A stretch of DNA of 64,000 nucleotides from an uncultured Gemmatimonadales bacterium (GTDB lineage Bacteria > Gemmatimonadota > Gemmatimonadetes > Longimicrobiales > RSA9): contig OY970192.1 in the NCBI GenBank assembly GCA_963708135.1, forward strand, positions 704,001 through 768,000. Reading direction: 5' to 3'. The notes under the pieces were generated by a model. The model was not told where the DNA came from. It saw only the letters and a list, made by a program, of their open reading frames with translations, and did no database searches. Both the position numbers and the translations under genes were made by a program. Of this stretch, positions 56,012 through 64,000 are shown piece after piece; the first letter of the stretch is position 1, and the number at the start of each line of letters is the position of its first letter.

Positions 56012-58314
56012 GCGCCGGCCTCGCCGGCCTCGGGCGCGGGGGCGCGCATGAAGATCACGGACAGCGGCGGCAGGGCGAGGACGAGGGAATGGGGCCGGCC
56101 GTGCGCGGGGACGGGCTCGCTCTCCACGCCGCCGAGGTTGCCCCAGCCGCTGCCGCCGTAGAGGGCCGCGTCGCTGTTCAGCGCCTCGGTCCAGCGGCCG
56201 GGGCGGGTGACGCCGAGGCGGTGGTTCTCGCGCGGGACGGGGGTGAAGTTGCAGGCGACGAGCACGAGATCGGCGGCGTTCCTGCCCTGGCGGAAGAAGC
56301 TGAGGGTGGACTGCTCGCTGTCGTTGGCGTCGAGCCAGGAGAAGCCGTCCGGCGAGAAGTCGAGCTGCCAGAGGGCGGGCTCGGCGCGGTAGAAGCGATT
56401 CAGGTCACCGACCCAGCGGAGCATGCCCTCGTGCTGCGGGATGTCGAGCTGGTGCCAGGCGATGCTCGCGTCGTGGTTCCACTCGGGGCCCTGCGCGATC
56501 TCGCCGCCCATGAAGAGGAGCTGCTTGCCGGGCTGGCCCCACATGTAGCCGTAGAGGGCGCGCAGGTTGGCGAACTGCTGCCAGGCGTCGCCCGGCATCT
56601 TGGCAAGCAGCGAGCCCTTGCCGTGCACGACCTCGTCGTGGGAGAGCGGGAGCACGAAGTTCTCGTTGAACGCATAGATCATGCGGAACGTGAGCTGGCC
56701 GTGGTGGAAGCGGCGGTGGATCGGCTCGTGGCGCATGTACTCGAGCGTGTCGTGCATCCAGCCCATGTCCCACTTCATGCCGAAGCCGAGGCCGCCGACG
56801 TAGGTGGGGCGGGAGACCATCGGCCAGGCGGTGGACTCCTCGGCCACGGTCTGGATGCCGGGCTCGGCGCGGTAGCACTCCTCGTTCAGGCGGCGCAGGA
56901 AGCCAATGGCGCCGAGGTTCTCGCGGCCGCCGAAGCGGTTGGGCACCCACTCGCCTTCCTTGCGGGAGTAGTCGAGATAGAGCATCGAGGCGACGGCGTC
57001 CACGCGCAGCCCATCGGTGTGGTAGCGCTCGAGCCAGTATATGGCGCTCGAGGTGAGGAAGCTGCGCACCTCGTTGCGCTCGTAGTTGAAGATGTAGCTC
57101 GCCCAATCGGGGTGGAATCCCTGGCGCGGGTCGGCGTGCTCGTAGAGGTGGGTGCCGTCGAAGTAGGCGAGGCCGTGCTCGTCGCTCGGGAAGTGGGAGG
57201 GCACCCAGTCGAGCAGCACGCCGAAGCCGCGCCGGTGCAGGTAGTCCACGAGGTACATGAAGTCCTGCGGCGTGCCGTAGCGGCTGGTGGGCGCGAAGTA
57301 GCCGGTGGTCTGGTAGCCCCAGGAGCCGTAGAACGGGTGCTCCATGAGGGGCAGGAACTCCACGTGCGTGAAGCCGGTGCGCTCGAGGTGGTCGGCCAGC
57401 CGCGGCGCGGCCTCGCGGTAGGTGAGCGAGCGGCCGCCCTCCTCCGGCACGCGCATCCAGGAGCCGAGGTGCACCTCGTAGACCGAGAAGGGCGCGTCCT
57501 GCGCGTTGCGCGCCGGGCGCTCCTCCATCCACTGGCCGTCCTCCCACTCGTAATCGAGGTCCCAGACGACGGAGGCCGTGCGGGGCGGCTCCTCGTGCAT
57601 CAGCGCGAAGGGGTCCGCCTTGTCCGCGGCGTAGCCGTGGTAGCGGGAGGCGACGAAGTACTTGTAGTGCGCGCCGCGCCCGACGCCCTCGATGAAGCCC
57701 TCCCAGATCCCGGAGCCGCCGTGCGGGCGGAGCGGGTGCGCGTCGTTGGACCAGCCGTTCCAGTCGCCCATGACGGCCACGCGCTCGGCATCCGGGGCCC
57801 AGACGGCGAAGTAGGTGCCGGCGGCGCCGTCGGGGGCGGTCATGACGTGGGAGCCGAGCTTCTCGTACAGGCGGAAGTGGGTGCCTTCGTTGAAGAGGTA
57901 GATGTCGTCGTCCGTGAGACGGGTGACATCCTGGCGGACGCGCGAGGCCGGGTGCGGGGCGCGGGACGGGTGGCCGGCGCCGCGGGTGGTGCCGGCCGCG
58001 GTGGCGCCGCCGACCTCGCCGGCCGCTTCCGACTCGTCGGGGCGCGAGGGCTCCTCGCCGGGGCCCGGGCCGGTCATCGGGGGAGCGGGCTCGACGTGGG
58101 CGGGGGGCGGGGGGGCGCCACGCTTCGCGGGCGCCTGGCGGGGGGGCGCCTTCTTCGCGGGGGGCTTCGGCGCGGACTTCTTCGCGACCGGGTCCGCCGC
58201 GGACTTCTTCGCGGCCGCTGACCTGGCGGCGGGTGCCGCCTTCCTGGCGGGTGTCGGCTCCTTGGCGGGCGCGGTCTCGTTCGCGGGGCGGGGATCCTGG
58301 TCTGACTCAGCCAT
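56008..58314 (-). CDS. glgB: 1,4-alpha-glucan branching enzyme
   Basis: YEVHLGSW, SWGYQ, DGLRVDAVASMLY, AEESTAWP, LSHDEVVHGK; Ala/Pro/Lys-rich N-terminal extension. Confidence 0.96.
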   Translation of the reverse strand: MAESDQDPRPANETAPAKEPTPARKAAPAARSAAAKKSAADPVAKKSAPKPPAKKAPPRQAPAKRGAPPPPAHVEPAPPMTGPGPGEEPSRPDESEAAGEVGGATAAGTTRGAGHPSRAPHPASRVRQDVTRLTDDDIYLFNEGTHFRLYEKLGSHVMTAPDGAAGTYFAVWAPDAERVAVMGDWNGWSNDAHPLRPHGGSGIWEGFIEGVGRGAHYKYFVASRYHGYAADKADPFALMHEEPPRTASVVWDLDYEWEDGQWMEERPARNAQDAPFSVYEVHLGSWMRVPEEGGRSLTYREAAPRLADHLERTGFTHVEFLPLMEHPFYGSWGYQTTGYFAPTSRYGTPQDFMYLVDYLHRRGFGVLLDWVPSHFPSDEHGLAYFDGTHLYEHADPRQGFHPDWASYIFNYERNEVRSFLTSSAIYWLERYHTDGLRVDAVASMLYLDYSRKEGEWVPNRFGGRENLGAIGFLRRLNEECYRAEPGIQTVAEESTAWPMVSRPTYVGGLGFGMKWDMGWMHDTLEYMRHEPIHRRFHHGQLTFRMIYAFNENFVLPLSHDEVVHGKGSLLAKMPGDAWQQFANLRALYGYMWGQPGKQLLFMGGEIAQGPEWNHDASIAWHQLDIPQHEGMLRWVGDLNRFYRAEPALWQLDFSPDGFSWLDANDSEQSTLSFFRQGRNAADLVLVACNFTPVPRENHRLGVTRPGRWTEALNSDAALYGGSGWGNLGGVESEPVPAHGRPHSLVLALPPLSVIFMRAPAPEAGEAGA

Positions 58315-60440
58315 CACGGGGTGTCCTTTCCACTGCCTGCTCTTCGGTGCGGCCTCTTTCGTCGCGCGCCGCGGCCACTTCCTGGAGGGCGTCCAGCACC
58401 TCCGGCAGCCGCACGATCTCCTCGAGTGGGTGGCGGGCCGTCCTTCTCCAGTTGGGGCGCTCGCGCCAGGTGCCGGGCGTGTTCTGGGGCTTCTCCTCGA
58501 GCCACAGGTCCTCGAGCGTGACGAGCACCATGCGGGCGGGGCCGCGCGCGAGCCAGCGCAGCAGGCCGCGCAGCACGCCTTCGGCCGTGGCGGGGCCGTC
58601 AAGGCAGCCATGTCCGGTCAAGAATCCTGCCAGCCGGGCGCGCAGCCGCTCGCGGGCGGCGCCCTCGACGCGCATGGCGTCGGTGGCGAGGAGGCCGAGG
58701 GCGCGGCGGTCCTCGAGGTCGAGGCCGGCCCAGAAGGCGGCGAAGGTCGGCATGTCATGGGTGTTCACGCCGGCCACGGCGCCGGGCGGGACGGCGTGCA
58801 TCGGCAGCGGCGCGTCGGGGCTGGCCTCGAACTGCACGATGAACATCCGGCGCACATCGCGGCGGCGCATCTCCCTGCGCACCACGGCGGGCACGGTGCC
58901 GAGGTCCTCCCCGACGACGGGGGTGCGGGCGCGGCGGGACTCGAGGCAGAGGACGGCGTAGAGCTCCTCGTGCGGGTAGCGGACGTAGACGCCGTCGGTG
59001 GCGGGCACGCCGCGCGGGACCCAGTAGAGGCGGTGCAGCGACATGACGTGGTCGAGGCGGAGCATCCCGGCGTGGCCCATGAGGGTGCGCAGCACGGCGC
59101 GGAAGTACGTGTAGCCGGCACGGCGCTGGGCGTGCGGGTTGAGCGGCGGAAAGCCCCAGTCCTGGCCGCCCGTGAAGAGGGGGTCGGGCGGGGCGCCGGC
59201 GGACGCGTCCTCGGCGAAGAGGGTGCGGTGCCGCCAGACATCGTAGCCGTCGCGGTGGACGCCGAGCGGGAGGTCGAGGTAGAGCGCCGCGCCGCCGGCA
59301 GCTTCCCCCCCGAGGCGCGCGAGCTGGCGGTCCGCCAGCCACTGCGCCAGCGCGTGCAGGCGGACGTCGGCCTCGTCGTAGGCGCCGGGCTCGAAGGTGC
59401 CGCCGCGGAGCCGCTCGGGCCAGAGCGGCCACGGCCGGGCGCGCCGCTCGGTCACGGCCATGAAGCGGGCAAAGTCCAGCGTCGCCGGCCGCTCGCGCAG
59501 GAACGCGCGGTAGTCATCGGAGCCGGGGCCGTCTCCATCGGGATCGAAGGCGCGGGCGAGCGGCTCGAGCAGGCGACGCCGCAGCGCGGCAGCCCGGCGG
59601 TAGTCCACGAGCGGCGCGTCCGCGAGCGCGGCGGTCGCGGCGCGGTACTCGGGCGAGGCCATGAGCTCCCGCGCCTCGGCGCAGTCCTCGAAGCCGGGCG
59701 CGGCGCGCGGGTCCACGTACAGCTCGTTCCAGAACAGGCGGCTGGCGGGCGCGTACGGGCTCGGCTCGAACGGCTCCTCGCCCAGGAACGAGGCGAGCAG
59801 CGGGAGCGTGCCCACGAGCGCCGCGCCCCGCCCGCCCGCCCACGCGGCGAGCGCCCGGAGGTCGGAGAAGTCCGCGATGCCCAGGCTCCGCTCCGTGCGC
59901 AGCGCGTGGAGCGGCAGGAAGATGCCCCAGTCGCGGCCGTGCGTGGCCCAGGCGCGGCGAGGGGCGGAGATCACGAGCGCTTCGTGGACGGCGCCGGCGG
60001 CCTCGACGCGCAGCCGGTGGTAGCCCTCCGGGAGCGGGGCGGGGAGATCCAGGCGGAGCGCAGCGCCGCCGCCGGCGTCCTGCGGCATCCGCTCGAGCGA
60101 GGCGCCGGCGCAGCGCCAGGCCGTCTCCTCGCCGTCCTCGCGGATGAGGGTGCAGTCCACGGCCCCGGCGGCGGGGAGGCGGAGCGCGACCGGTCCGGGC
60201 CGGCCGCCCCAGGCGACGATCACGGGCTCCATCCCGGCGTCGCGTCGCTCGGCCTCGTGGGCCGCGAGCCCGTCCGCGATGTCGGCGGCGCGCTCCACGG
60301 GCGCGCCGAGGGCGCGGAGCACCTGGAGGAGCACCTCCGGGTCGGCGGCGCGGCGTCGCCTGTCGATATCGTAGTAGGCGGTCTGCACGCCCCAGGCGCG
60401 GGCGAGCGCGTGCATTCCCGGGATGGCGCGGGGCACCGCC

Positions 60441-60448
<8 letters not shown>
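58307..60448 (-). CDS. malQ: 4-alpha-glucanotransferase (GH77)
   Basis: [51 protein letters not shown]. Confidence 0.95.
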
Positions 60449-63800
<3,352 letters not shown>

Positions 63801-63819
63801 TTCGCCTCCGTCGCCTCGT

Positions 63820-63999
63820 TCAGCCCTGCTCGACGCGGAAGATGTGCGCCGGCAGGAGGTGGGGGTTGAGCTGCACGAAGTTCCAGGCGCCGCTCCAGCT
63901 GTAGGCGGCGTCGGCGAGCAGGTCGTGCAGGCGGTAGGGGGCGCCGGGGTCGAGGCCGAGCTCGGCGAGCGGCAGCTCCAGGTTGGCGCTCTGGGTCCA
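63820..63999 (-). CDS. glgE: C-terminus of GlgE maltosyltransferase (partial, runs off the right edge)
   Basis: Translated by hand: [36 protein letters not shown]; directly upstream of treS. Confidence 0.8.
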   Translation of the reverse strand, partial: WTQSANLELPLAELGLDPGAPYRLHDLLADAAYSWSGAWNFVQLNPHLLPAHIFRVEQG

Positions 64000-64000
64000 C

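Overview
Very GC-rich bacterial DNA. The gene families present (BTAD regulators, ADOP-type permease, CarboxypepD_reg domains, TolB-N/TPR proteins) suggest Gemmatimonadota; this is inference. Layout: (1) 1-8.2 kb, a signalling/surface cluster with a membrane-anchored FHA protein that the ORF track missed, two BTAD regulators, a TRL lipoprotein and a Wza-SH3-beta-barrel fusion; about 1-5.5 kb looks less GC-rich. (2) 9-17.6 kb, Fe-S carrier genes (NifU, Mrp), a SAM hydrolase, a SigW/RsiW-like ECF envelope operon and ubiE/menG. (3) 17.8-48.9 kb, a mosaic accessory region with an Ntn acylase, gdhA plus a receiver-PPDK_N gene, a permease, an amidase, methyltransferases, an ECF/anti-sigma/vWA module, many gene remnants and minisatellites. 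(4) 48.9-64 kb, a glgE-treS/mak-malQ-glgB-treZ-GH57-treY alpha-glucan/trehalose operon. Best candidate for an undescribed system: a solitary AbiEi-wHTH/DUF559 nuclease gene (37640-38545) bracketed by two ~200-bp direct repeats. Each repeat is built on a palindrome with 30-bp arms and a 17-nt loop, and the loop is flipped in one copy. Two more solo copies (20.7 kb and 27.1 kb) lie beside rearrangement scars. Two genes also have synonymously diverged copies of their 3' tails bracketing small cargo. No rRNA, tRNA, CRISPR array, integrase or transposase was recognised. All family assignments are by-eye motif recognition; no database searches were run.
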